Positions 19,301 to 28,207 of a stretch of 64,000 nt of DNA are shown here, piece by piece. Positions within the stretch are counted from its first letter, which is position 1. Every line of letters begins with the position of its first letter. The translations under genes and the position numbers were made by a program. This DNA comes from Escherichia coli (GTDB lineage: Bacteria > Pseudomonadota > Gammaproteobacteria > Enterobacterales > Enterobacteriaceae), in NCBI RefSeq assembly GCF_017348835.2, contig NZ_CP071375.1; one strand, given 5' to 3'. Below the pieces are notes generated by a model that did not search any database, was not told the DNA's origin, and was given only the letters and a program-made list of their open reading frames with translations.

Positions 19301-19915
19301 GTTGAGCGCCCGGGCGCGATGAGCATCAATTTCGGCCTGCGGCATGAGATCAAGAATAGTGTCATCGGCCAGCGGGACAATTTTATTGATTTCGTGGGAC
19401 GTACGGAAACCATCAAAGAAATGAATAAATGGCACGCGGCTTTTCAGCGTCGCGATGTGCGAAATGAGAGCAAAGTCTTGCGCTTCCTGGACGTTTGCCG
19501 CACACAACATCGCGCAACCCGTCTGGCGCACCGCCATGACGTCGGAATGATCGCCAAAAATAGAGAGTGCATGTGTGGCAACGGTACGTGCCGCTACATG
19601 CAGGACAAACGGTGTGAGTTCGCCTGCCAGTTTGTACAGCGTCGGGATCATCAGCAGCAAACCCTGCGATGACGTAAACGATGTTGAAAGGGCACCCGTC
19701 TGCAAAGCGCCATGCACGGTAGCGATAGCACCCGCTTCCGACTGCATTTCAACCACGCGTGGTGTGTCTCCCCAAACGTTCTTCAAGCCGTTTCCGGCCC
19801 AGGCATCAGCCTGTTCTGCCATCGTGGAACTGGGGGTAATAGGGTAGATGGCGATAACTTCACTGGTGCGAAACGCCACCGAAGCAACCGCGCCATTACC
19901 GTCAATAGTAATCAT
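16391..19915 (-). CDS. ydbK: Pyruvate:flavodoxin/ferredoxin oxidoreductase
   Basis: 1174 aa with 4Fe-4S ferredoxin Cys motifs (CTQCNHCVAACP, CTGCNLCVEVCP) and TPP-binding regions. Confidence 0.95.
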   Translation of the reverse strand: MITIDGNGAVASVAFRTSEVIAIYPITPSSTMAEQADAWAGNGLKNVWGDTPRVVEMQSEAGAIATVHGALQTGALSTSFTSSQGLLLMIPTLYKLAGELTPFVLHVAARTVATHALSIFGDHSDVMAVRQTGCAMLCAANVQEAQDFALISHIATLKSRVPFIHFFDGFRTSHEINKIVPLADDTILDLMPQAEIDAHRARALNPEHPVIRGTSANPDTYFQSREATNPWYNAVYDHVEQAMNDFAAATGRQYQPFEYYGHPQAERVIILMGSAIGTCEEVVDELLTRGEKVGVLKVRLYRPFSAKHLLQALPGSVRSVAVLDRTKEPGAQAEPLYLDVMTALAEAFNNGERETLPRVIGGRYGLSSKEFGPDCVLAVFAELNAAKPKARFTVGIYDDVTNLSLPLPENTLPNSAKLEALFYGLGSDGSVSATKNNIKIIGNSTPWYAQGYFVYDSKKAGGLTVSHLRVSEQPIRSAYLISQADFVGCHQLQFIDKYQMAERLKPGGIFLLNTPYSADEVWSRLPQEVQAVLNQKKARFYVINAAKIARECGLAARINTVMQMAFFHLTQILPGDSALAELQGAIAKSYSSKGQDLVERNWQALALARESVEEVPLQPVNPHSANRPPVVSDAAPDFVKTVTAAMLAGLGDALPVSALPPDGTWPMGTTRWEKRNIAEEIPIWKEELCTQCNHCVAACPHSAIRAKVVPPEAMENAPASLHSLDVKSRDMRGQKYVLQVAPEDCTGCNLCVEVCPAKDRQNPEIKAINMMSRLEHVEEEKINYDFFLNLPEIDRSKLERIDIRTSQLITPLFEYSGACSGCGETPYIKLLTQLYGDRMLIANATGCSSIYGGNLPSTPYTTDANGRGPAWANSLFEDNAEFGLGFRLTVDQHRVRVLRLLDQFADKIPAELLTALKSDATPEVRREQVTALRQQLNDVAEAHELLRDADALVEKSIWLIGGDGWAYDIGFGGLDHVLSLTENVNILVLDTQCYSNTGGQASKATPLGAVTKFGEHGKRKARKDLGVSMMMYGHVYVAQISLGAQLNQTVKAIQEAEAYPGPSLIIAYSPCEEHGYDLALSHDQMRQLTATGFWPLYRFDPRRADEGKLPLALDSRPPSEALEETLLHEQRFRRLNSQQPEVAEQLWKDAAADLQKRYDFLAQMAGKAEKSNTD

Positions 19916-20188
19916 ATGACACCCTTACATTGCGCAAATGAGGGGCGCACGAAATTGCTGCGCGCCCAGTAGTAATCCTTCAATTTTAGCAAATGGCTTT
20001 CTTCTGCATTTTCGCTTTTGTGTCCCCCACATCAGCGTAATGAATGTTTTGATCAAACAGAGGGCAAAAAAATAGCCATAAAAAAGTAAAAATGCGGGGC
20101 AACGCGCAGGACAGCTCTCGACGTCGCCCTCTGTGCTGCCTATTATTTATGGCGGTGTCGTTTGGCTTGAAGATCAGAGGAAGAAAAG

Positions 20189-20455
20189 ATGCGAGCAGCG
20201 TTTTGGGTAGGGTGTGCCGCTTTATTGTTGTCGGCGTGTAGTAGTGAGCCTGTTCAGCAGGCGACTGCGGCGCACGTAGCGCCAGGTTTAAAAGCGTCGA
20301 TGTCCAGTAGTGGAGAAGCAAATTGTGCAATGATCGGCGGTTCGCTTTCTGTTGCCCGTCAACTGGATGGTACGGCGATTGGGATGTGTGCATTACCCAA
20401 CGGCAAACGCTGTAGCGAACAGTCACTTGCCGCCGGGAGCTGTGGCAGCTATTAA
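20189..20455 (+). CDS. ydbJ: Small lipoprotein YdbJ (DUF333)
   Basis: 88 aa with a signal peptide and lipobox LSAC. Confidence 0.8.
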   Translation: MRAAFWVGCAALLLSACSSEPVQQATAAHVAPGLKASMSSSGEANCAMIGGSLSVARQLDGTAIGMCALPNGKRCSEQSLAAGSCGSY

Positions 20456-20874
20456 TTCATTAAATCCGCCAGCTTATAAGTTAATGTCTGTTTCGCGGTC
20501 GCCAGCGTTAACTGGTTCGCGGTCAGATCCACTTGTGCACCTTCTTTCAGCATTTCGCTAATGGTGTTATCGAGTTCATTAAGCTGCGGGTTAGCGCACA
20601 TCATACGGGTCATTGCCAGCCCTTTGGCTGTCAGTTCACCATTAGACAGTTTGCCTTCACCGCTAAAGCGGTTACACATGCTGCCGGAAATCATCATTTT
20701 TTCACCAAAGCTGATTTCTGGCGGATTTTTATCGCTGGTCACGGGCTTACCGTTTACGCTTTCCAGCACAAAGCGATGATGCTGTAGCTGTTCTGGCGTA
20801 ACAGCAATTTTGTCATTACTTACACATCCCGCCATCAGCAGGCTTAGCGCAACAAACGCGGCTACTTTCTTCAT
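20452..20874 (-). CDS. hslJ: Heat-shock lipoprotein HslJ
   Basis: 140 aa from MKKVAAFVALSLLMAGC; META-domain lipoprotein. Confidence 0.85.
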   Translation of the reverse strand: MKKVAAFVALSLLMAGCVSNDKIAVTPEQLQHHRFVLESVNGKPVTSDKNPPEISFGEKMMISGSMCNRFSGEGKLSNGELTAKGLAMTRMMCANPQLNELDNTISEMLKEGAQVDLTANQLTLATAKQTLTYKLADLMN

Positions 20875-20984
20875 TGTGGTTCTCAATTACAGTTTCTGAC
20901 TCAGGACTATTTTAAGAATAGAGAATGAAAGGTCATTGGGGATTATCTGAATCAGCTCCCCTGGAATGCAGGGGAGCGGCAAGA

Positions 20985-21974
20985 TTAAACCAGTTCGTTC
21001 GGGCAGGTTTCGCCTTTTTCCAGATTGCTTAAGTTTTGCAGCGTAGTCTGAGAAATACTGGTCAGAGCTTCTGCTGTCAGGAATGCCTGGTGCCCGGTAA
21101 ACAGCACGTTGTGGCAGGCAGACAGGCGACGGAATACGTCATCCTGAATTACGTCATTGGATTTATCTTCAAAGAACAGATCGCGTTCGTTCTCATACAC
21201 GTCCATACCCAACGAACCAATTTTCTGATTTTTCAGCGCTTCAATTGCTGCCTGAGAATCAATCAATGCACCGCGACTGGTATTGACGATCATCACGCCA
21301 TTTTTCATCTGATCGAAGGCGGCTTCGTTCAACAGATGGTAGTTTTCCGGTGTCAGCGGGCAGTGCAGAGAGATAACGTCAGATTCAGAGAACAGGGTTG
21401 GCAGATCGACATACTCCACACCGAGTTCCAGCGCCGCTGCACTTGGATACGGATCGAACGCCAGCAGACGCATACCAAAACCTTTCAGAATGCGCAGCAT
21501 CGCCACACCGATTTTACCGGTACCGATAACGCCTGCCGTTTTGCCATACATAGTAAAGCCGGTCAGACCTTCCAGAGAGAAGTTAGCGTCACGGGTACGC
21601 TGATACGCGCGGTGAATACGGCGGTTCAGCGTCATCATCATACCGATGGCGTGTTCAGCAACGGCCTCTGGATCATAGGCTGGAACACGGACTACTTTCA
21701 GCCCCAGTTCTTTTGCCGCGTCAAGGTCGACGTTATTGAAACCGGCACAGCGCAGGGCGATATATTTAACGCCGTGCTTTTTCAGCTCTTCCAGCACCGG
21801 GCGGCTGCCGTCATCGTTTACGAAAATACATACCGCTTCGCAGCCATTGGCAGTTTTAGCGGTTTTTTCCGTCAGCAGAAAGTCAAAAAATTCCAGCTCA
21901 AAGCCAAAGGACTCGTTCACCTGTTGCAGGTACTTCTTGTCGTACTGTTTTGTGCTATAAACGGCGAGTTTCAT
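20985..21974 (-). CDS. ldhA: Fermentative D-lactate dehydrogenase
   Basis: 329 aa, D-isomer-specific 2-hydroxyacid dehydrogenase with NAD-binding motif GVIGTGKIG. Confidence 0.95.
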   Translation of the reverse strand: MKLAVYSTKQYDKKYLQQVNESFGFELEFFDFLLTEKTAKTANGCEAVCIFVNDDGSRPVLEELKKHGVKYIALRCAGFNNVDLDAAKELGLKVVRVPAYDPEAVAEHAIGMMMTLNRRIHRAYQRTRDANFSLEGLTGFTMYGKTAGVIGTGKIGVAMLRILKGFGMRLLAFDPYPSAAALELGVEYVDLPTLFSESDVISLHCPLTPENYHLLNEAAFDQMKNGVMIVNTSRGALIDSQAAIEALKNQKIGSLGMDVYENERDLFFEDKSNDVIQDDVFRRLSACHNVLFTGHQAFLTAEALTSISQTTLQNLSNLEKGETCPNELV

Positions 21975-22181
21975 AAGACTTTCTCCAGTGATGTTGAATC
22001 ACATTTAAGCTACTTAAAATATTTTACAAAATTTCAAATTTAATTGAAAGCTATGGCGATATTGAAAAATTCATCAACAACTATGCTTAGTGTAGGCGCA
22101 ACCTTCAACTGAACGGTTAAACATGCCACAATACCCGTATTGAATGCTTAATTTTTCGCTAAATCAGGATATTAACTACCC

Positions 22182-24821
22182 ATGCTGGGTAAATATAAAG
22201 CCGTTCTCGCGCTGTTATTACTGATTATTCTTGTGCCGTTGACGCTGCTGATGACGCTCGGGCTGTGGGTTCCCACGCTGGCGGGCATCTGGCTACCGCT
22301 CGGGACACGTATTGCATTAGATGAAAGCCCACGCATTACGCGTAAAGGTTTAATCATTCCCGATCTCCGTTATCTGGTGGGAGATTGTCAGCTTGCGCAT
22401 ATCACCAACGCCAGCCTTTCACATCCGAGCCGCTGGTTATTGAACGTCGGCACGGTAGAACTTGATTCTGCTTGTCTGGCGAAATTGCCGCAGACGGAGC
22501 AATCGCCAGCTGCTCCAAAAACCCTCGCGCAGTGGCAGTCCATGCTGCCTAACACCTGGATCAATATCGATAAACTGATTTTTTCTCCCTGGCAGGAATG
22601 GCAGGGAAAACTCTCTCTCGCATTAACCTCCGATATCCAGCAACTGCGTTATCAGGGCGAAAAAGTTAAATTTCAAGGCCAGCTGAAAGGGCAACAACTT
22701 ACAGTCAGCGAACTGGATGTCGTCGCGTTTGAAAATCAGCCGCCGGTTAAACTGGTGGGGGAATTTACTATGCCGCTCGTGCCGGATGGACTTCCTGTAA
22801 GTGGTCATGCTACTGCGACGTTAAACTTGCCGCAGGAACCGTCACTGGTAGATGCCGAGCTGGACTGGCAGGAGAATAGCGGGCAATTGATTGTGCTGGC
22901 ACGGGATAACGGCGATCCGTTGCTCGATTTGCCGTGGCAAATTACGCGTCAACAATTGACCGTAAGCGATGGTCGCTGGAGCTGGCCGTATGCAGGTTTT
23001 CCTTTGAGTGGCCGACTGGGTGTCAAAGTCGACAACTGGCAGGCAGGGCTTGAGAACGCTCTGATCAGCGGACGACTTAGTGTGCTGACCCAGGGGCAAG
23101 CGGGTAAAGGCAACGCGGTGCTTAATTTTGGCCCAGGAAAATTAAGCATGGATAACAGCCAGCTGCCTCTGCAGCTGACCGGTGAAGCGAAACAGGCGGA
23201 CCTCATTTTATATGCCCGTTTACCTGCGCAGGTAAGTGGAAGTCTGTCTGACCCAACGCTGACCTTTGAGCCAGGCGCGTTATTTCGTTCAAAGGGAAGA
23301 GTCATCGATTCGCTGGACATCGATGAAATCCGCTGGCCTTTAGCGGGTGTAAAAGTGACCCAACGTGGTGTTGACGGACGTTTGCAGGCCATTTTGCAGG
23401 CGCATGAAAATGAACTGGGCGATTTCGTGCTGCATATGGATGGGCTGGCGAGTGATTTTCTCCCTGACGCTGGCCGCTGGCAGTGGCGCTACTGGGGAAA
23501 AGGGAGTTTTACACCGATGAATGCCACCTGGGATGTCGCAGGAAAAGGTGAGTGGCATGACAGCACGATTACGCTGACCGATCTCTCCACCGGTTTCGAC
23601 CAGTTACAATACGGTACGATGACGGTAGAAAAGCCGCGATTAATTCTCGACAAGCCCGTCGTCTGGGTACGTGACGCACAGCATCCCTCCTTCAGCGGCG
23701 CGCTGTCACTGGACGCCGGGCAAACGCTGTTCACTGGCGGCAGTGTGTTACCGCCATCAACCTTAAAATTTAGCGTCGATGGGCGCGATCCGACGTATTT
23801 CCTCTTTAAAGGCGATTTACATGCTGGTGAGATTGGCCCGGTTCGGGTAAATGGTCGCTGGGACGGTATTCGTCTGCGCGGTAACGCCTGGTGGCCTAAA
23901 CAATCACTGACTGTATTCCAGCCGCTGGTGCCACCCGACTGGAAGATGAACTTACGCGATGGTGAACTGTATGCTCAGATTGCATTTTCTGCTGCGCCTG
24001 AACAAGGATTCCGCGCGGGAGGGCACGGCGTGTTGAAAGGCGGTAGTGCCTGGATGCCAGATAATCAGGTTAACGGTGTCGATTTTGTCCTGCCTTTCCG
24101 TTTTGCCGATGGAGCCTGGCATCTGGGGACTCGCGGCCCCGTTACGTTGCGAATTGCCGAAGTGATTAATCTGGTGACAGCGAAAAATATTACGGCTGAT
24201 TTGCAAGGGCGTTATCCGTGGACTGAAGAAGAACCATTGCTGTTGACTGATGTTAGCGTCGATGTGTTAGGCGGTAACGTGCTGATGAAACAATTACGTA
24301 TGCCGCAACATGACCCGGCGCTGTTGCGGCTGAATAATCTCTCATCCAGCGAACTGGTTAGTGCCGTCAATCCGAAACAATTTGCCATGTCCGGGGCATT
24401 TAGTGGTGCATTGCCGTTATGGCTAAACAACGAAAAATGGATAGTGAAAGATGGTTGGCTGGCAAATAGCGGGCCAATGACCTTGCGGCTGGATAAAGAC
24501 ACCGCAGATGCGGTGGTGAAAGACAATATGACTGCGGGTTCAGCAATTAACTGGTTGCGCTATATGGAAATTAGCCGTTCATCGACAAATATTAATTTAG
24601 ATAATCTCGGTTTATTAACCATGCAGGCCAACATTACAGGTACCAGTCGCGTTGATGGTAAAAGCGGTACGGTAAACCTTAATTACCATCATGAAGAGAA
24701 TATTTTTACGCTGTGGCGCAGTTTACGCTTTGGCGATAATCTCCAGGCATGGTTGGAGCAGAACGCACGTCTGCCGGGAAATGACTGTCCGCAAGGAAAA
24801 GAGTGTGAGGAAAAACAATGA
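22182..24821 (+). CDS. ydbH: AsmA-family envelope protein YdbH
   Basis: 879 aa with an N-terminal membrane anchor; followed by coupled ynbE and ydbL as in K-12. Confidence 0.9.
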   Translation: MLGKYKAVLALLLLIILVPLTLLMTLGLWVPTLAGIWLPLGTRIALDESPRITRKGLIIPDLRYLVGDCQLAHITNASLSHPSRWLLNVGTVELDSACLAKLPQTEQSPAAPKTLAQWQSMLPNTWINIDKLIFSPWQEWQGKLSLALTSDIQQLRYQGEKVKFQGQLKGQQLTVSELDVVAFENQPPVKLVGEFTMPLVPDGLPVSGHATATLNLPQEPSLVDAELDWQENSGQLIVLARDNGDPLLDLPWQITRQQLTVSDGRWSWPYAGFPLSGRLGVKVDNWQAGLENALISGRLSVLTQGQAGKGNAVLNFGPGKLSMDNSQLPLQLTGEAKQADLILYARLPAQVSGSLSDPTLTFEPGALFRSKGRVIDSLDIDEIRWPLAGVKVTQRGVDGRLQAILQAHENELGDFVLHMDGLASDFLPDAGRWQWRYWGKGSFTPMNATWDVAGKGEWHDSTITLTDLSTGFDQLQYGTMTVEKPRLILDKPVVWVRDAQHPSFSGALSLDAGQTLFTGGSVLPPSTLKFSVDGRDPTYFLFKGDLHAGEIGPVRVNGRWDGIRLRGNAWWPKQSLTVFQPLVPPDWKMNLRDGELYAQIAFSAAPEQGFRAGGHGVLKGGSAWMPDNQVNGVDFVLPFRFADGAWHLGTRGPVTLRIAEVINLVTAKNITADLQGRYPWTEEEPLLLTDVSVDVLGGNVLMKQLRMPQHDPALLRLNNLSSSELVSAVNPKQFAMSGAFSGALPLWLNNEKWIVKDGWLANSGPMTLRLDKDTADAVVKDNMTAGSAINWLRYMEISRSSTNINLDNLGLLTMQANITGTSRVDGKSGTVNLNYHHEENIFTLWRSLRFGDNLQAWLEQNARLPGNDCPQGKECEEKQ

Positions 24822-25003
24822 AAATTTTACTGGCTGCGTTGACGTCATCTTTTATGCTGGTTGGCTGTACGCCTCGCATTGAAGTCGCTGCACCTAAGGA
24901 ACCGATCACTATCAATATGAACGTTAAAATTGAGCATGAGATCATCATCAAGGCAGACAAAGATGTCGAAGAGCTGCTTGAAACTCGTAGCGATCTTTTC
25001 TGA
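24818..25003 (+). CDS. ynbE: Lipoprotein YnbE
   Basis: 61 aa, MKILLAALTSSFMLVGC lipobox; start overlaps the ydbH stop. Confidence 0.85.
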   Translation: MKILLAALTSSFMLVGCTPRIEVAAPKEPITINMNVKIEHEIIIKADKDVEELLETRSDLF

Positions 25004-25010
25004 GGCGATG

Positions 25011-25337
25011 ATGAAGAAAACATTACTTCTTTGTGCGTTTCTTGTTGGGCTGGTAAGCAGCAATGTAATGGCATTGACTCTGGATGAAGCCAGAACTCAG
25101 GGGCGGGTAGGTGAAACATTTTATGGTTATCTGGTTGCGCTGAAAACGGATGCTGAAACAGAGAAATTAGTAACCGACATTAATGCCGAACGTAAAGCGA
25201 GTTACCAACAACTGGCAAAGCAAAATAATGTGTCGGTAGATGATATCGCGAAACTCGCCGGGCAAAAGCTCGTAGCTCGGGCCAAACCGGGGGAATATGT
25301 ACAAGGGATAAACGGTAAATGGGTGCGAAAATTTTAA
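25011..25337 (+). CDS. ydbL: Periplasmic protein YdbL
   Basis: 108 aa from MKKTLLLCAFLVGLVSSNVMA (signal peptide); the ORF track extends upstream to 24930. Confidence 0.8.
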   Translation: MKKTLLLCAFLVGLVSSNVMALTLDEARTQGRVGETFYGYLVALKTDAETEKLVTDINAERKASYQQLAKQNNVSVDDIAKLAGQKLVARAKPGEYVQGINGKWVRKF

Positions 25338-25508
25338 TAGCAAAACCGCACTATCGGGATAACGCTACAGGAGAAAGCGATTGATCTATTTTCCTGAAAC
25401 AAGGTGAATATTCAAAAGCTCCTGTCAAATTGCCTTTCGCCCTGAAATATGCGTAGTCAAATATCTGTTTTAACTAATTGGCGTTGCAGTACACACAACG
25501 CCAATTAG

Positions 25509-26414
25509 TTAGCGGAATTTACGTCGATACTCGCCTGGCGTCATCCCAAAGCGTTGCTTAAATACCGTTGAAAAATGACTCTGGTCAGAAAATCCCCAAT
25601 GAAAGCCGATGCCTGCCAGTTTTTCATCATCTGCGGCATGGCGAATCGCATCTGCACAAAAATCGAGACGACGGTTACGAATATATTGCGCGACTACCAA
25701 ACCTTTATCGGCAAACATTCGGTACAAACTACGTACTGACATACCTGTCTCTCCGGCTATCCACTCCGGGCGTAATATCTCTTCGCGAATATTATCGTCT
25801 ATCAACGTAACCACTTTTTGAAACTGACGTTCACGGCGAGGTTGAACAGATTCCCGCTGATGAAGTACCGGGCGCAGCAGACACACCATCGCCTGTAGCG
25901 CAGCTTCACTTTCTGTTTCAGAAAGTGCCGGGTTATTCATGCTCTCCTGTAACAGGCGATGACTGAGTTGCACCATGGGTAAGTCAGCGTCCAGTCTTTC
26001 TGCGCAGACAGGTTTTTGATGGGGAAAATATTGTTCCAGCAGAGTGCGTGGCAAAAGTAATGAAATCTGTTTAGAAGACTCCTGCCAGTAAAGCGAACAG
26101 GGTCGTGAGGCATCGAGTAACGTAATATCGCCAGCGCCAATCTGCACCTGACGCTCATCCTGCTCCATTATTGCCTGACCACTAAGCTGAAAAACGGTGT
26201 AAAACCAGGCATCGTCACTGCCTTTTACTTCCTGCCAGGTGCGGGATAAATTCACCCCGCTGGTTGTCACGGTACTCAGCTTTAGTCCTTTGGCAAAATG
26301 CGTGTCCAGTACACCCGTGTAACGCTCAGTCAGCAGGCGTCCGGTAAAATTTCCGCATACCTGATTGATTTGGGAAAGCCATTGCTGAAACTCATTATCC
26401 ACTGCGGGGTTCAT
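25509..26414 (-). CDS. feaR: AraC-family activator FeaR
   Basis: 301 aa with a C-terminal AraC helix-turn-helix; divergent from feaB. Confidence 0.9.
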   Translation of the reverse strand: MNPAVDNEFQQWLSQINQVCGNFTGRLLTERYTGVLDTHFAKGLKLSTVTTSGVNLSRTWQEVKGSDDAWFYTVFQLSGQAIMEQDERQVQIGAGDITLLDASRPCSLYWQESSKQISLLLPRTLLEQYFPHQKPVCAERLDADLPMVQLSHRLLQESMNNPALSETESEAALQAMVCLLRPVLHQRESVQPRRERQFQKVVTLIDDNIREEILRPEWIAGETGMSVRSLYRMFADKGLVVAQYIRNRRLDFCADAIRHAADDEKLAGIGFHWGFSDQSHFSTVFKQRFGMTPGEYRRKFR

Positions 26415-26646
26415 GGCACGTTTTCGCTCTGTGAAATGTATTTTTATTGTTGCATTTGTGTTGCAATAAACGAAGCTAATGAGCCTGACTATAGGAAATA
26501 AGTCTTGTCAGGCATAGAGACATAAGCGGTTATTGTCACGATTTGCGGAGCTTGTCACAGCTGACAAAGCGAATGTCACAGCGAAAAAAGTGACTTTACT
26601 TGTCGCTGCGTACACTGAAATCACACTGGGTAAATAATAAGGAAAA

Positions 26647-28149
26647 GTGATGACAGAGCCGCATGTAGCAGTATTAAGCCAGGTCCAACAGTTTCTCGAT
26701 CGTCAACACGGTCTTTATATTGATGGTCGTCCTGGCCCCGCACAAAGTGAAAAACGATTGGCGATCTTTGATCCGGCCACCGGGCAAGAAATTGCGTCTA
26801 CTGCTGATGCCAACGAAGCGGATGTAGATAACGCAGTCATGTCTGCCTGGGGGGCCTTTGTCTCGCGTCGCTGGGCCGGGCGATTACCCGCAGAGCGTGA
26901 ACGTATTCTGCTACGTTTTGCTGATCTGGTGGAGCAGCACAGTGAGGAGCTGGCGCAACTGGAAACCCTGGAGCAAGGCAAGTCAATTGCCATTTCCCGT
27001 GCTTTTGAAGTGGGCGGTACGCTGAACTGGATGCGTTATACCGCCGGGTTAACGACCAAAATCGCGGGTAAAACGCTGGACTTGTCGATTCCCTTACCCC
27101 AGGGGGCGCGCTATCAGGCCTGGACACGTAAAGAGCCGGTTGGCGTAGTGGCGGGAATTGTGCCGTGGAACTTCCCGTTGATGATTGGCATGTGGAAGGT
27201 GATGCCTGCACTGGCAGCAGGCTGTTCAATCGTGATTAAGCCTTCGGAAACCACGCCACTGACGATGTTGCGCGTGGCGGAACTGGCCAGCGAGGCTGGT
27301 ATTCCTGATGGCGTTTTTAATGTGGTCACCGGGTCAGGTGCTGTATGCGGCGCGGCCCTGACGTCACATCCTCATGTTGCGAAAATCAGTTTTACCGGTT
27401 CTACCGCGACGGGAAAAGGTATTGCCAGAACTGCTGCTGATCGCTTAACGCGTGTAACGCTGGAACTGGGCGGTAAAAACCCGGCAATAGTATTAAAAGA
27501 TGCTGATCCGCAATGGGTTATTGAAGGCTTGATGACCGGAAGCTTCCTGAATCAGGGGCAAGTATGCGCCGCAAGTTCGCGAATTTATATTGAAGCGCCG
27601 TTGTTTGACACGCTGGTTAGTGGATTTGAGCAGGCGGTAAAATCGTTGCAAGTGGGACCGGGGATGTCACCTGTTGCACAGATTAACCCTTTGGTTTCTC
27701 GTGCGCACTGCGACAAAGTGCGTTCATTCCTTGACGATGCGCAGGCACAGCAAGCAGAACTGATTCGCGGGTCGAATGGACCAGCCGGAGAGGGATATTA
27801 TGTTGCGCCAATGCTGGTGGTTAATCCCGATGCAAAATTGCGCCTAACTCGTGAAGAGGTGTTTGGTCCGGTGGTAAACCTGGTGCGAGTAGCGGATGGA
27901 GAAGAGGCGTTACAACTGGCAAACGACACGGAATATGGCTTAACTGCCAGTGTCTGGACGCAAAATCTCTCCCAGGCTCTGGAATATAGCGATCGCTTAC
28001 AGGCAGGTACGGTGTGGGTAAACAGCCATACCTTAATTGACGCTAACCTACCGTTTGGTGGGATGAAGCAGTCAGGAACGGGCCGTGATTTTGGCCCGGA
28101 TTGGCTGGACGGTTGGTGTGAAACTAAGTCGGTGTGTGTACGGTATTAA
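26647..28149 (+). CDS. feaB: Phenylacetaldehyde dehydrogenase
   Basis: 500 aa aldehyde dehydrogenase (ELGGKNP..., catalytic Cys region [10 protein letters not shown]). Confidence 0.9.
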   Translation: MMTEPHVAVLSQVQQFLDRQHGLYIDGRPGPAQSEKRLAIFDPATGQEIASTADANEADVDNAVMSAWGAFVSRRWAGRLPAERERILLRFADLVEQHSEELAQLETLEQGKSIAISRAFEVGGTLNWMRYTAGLTTKIAGKTLDLSIPLPQGARYQAWTRKEPVGVVAGIVPWNFPLMIGMWKVMPALAAGCSIVIKPSETTPLTMLRVAELASEAGIPDGVFNVVTGSGAVCGAALTSHPHVAKISFTGSTATGKGIARTAADRLTRVTLELGGKNPAIVLKDADPQWVIEGLMTGSFLNQGQVCAASSRIYIEAPLFDTLVSGFEQAVKSLQVGPGMSPVAQINPLVSRAHCDKVRSFLDDAQAQQAELIRGSNGPAGEGYYVAPMLVVNPDAKLRLTREEVFGPVVNLVRVADGEEALQLANDTEYGLTASVWTQNLSQALEYSDRLQAGTVWVNSHTLIDANLPFGGMKQSGTGRDFGPDWLDGWCETKSVCVRY

Positions 28150-28165
28150 TCTGGTTCGCTCATAA

Positions 28166-28197
28166 GTAAAAAACGGCACCTGGTGCCTTTTTTTTAG
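28166..28197. terminator. Bidirectional terminator between feaB and tynA
   Basis: aaaaaacggcacc/ggtgccttttttttt: a hairpin flanked by an A-run and a T-run between convergent genes. Confidence 0.6.
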
Positions 28198-28207
28198 TCT
28201 GAAACAA

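Noticed and set aside
16429-19972. Multiple 60-180-aa plus-strand ORFs across ydbK (e.g. 17813..18319, 19124..19672)
   Set aside because: All are antisense to the 1174-aa pyruvate:flavodoxin oxidoreductase gene; no conserved motifs.
19986-20426. 146-aa minus-strand ORF between ydbK and hslJ
   Set aside because: Overlaps the ydbJ lipoprotein gene on the opposite strand and spans the ydbK promoter region; Arg/His-rich junk translation.
21036-22043. 335-aa plus-strand ORF fully overlapping ldhA
   Set aside because: Antisense shadow ORF inside a well-conserved gene; low-complexity His/Gln-rich translation and no independent start or RBS context.
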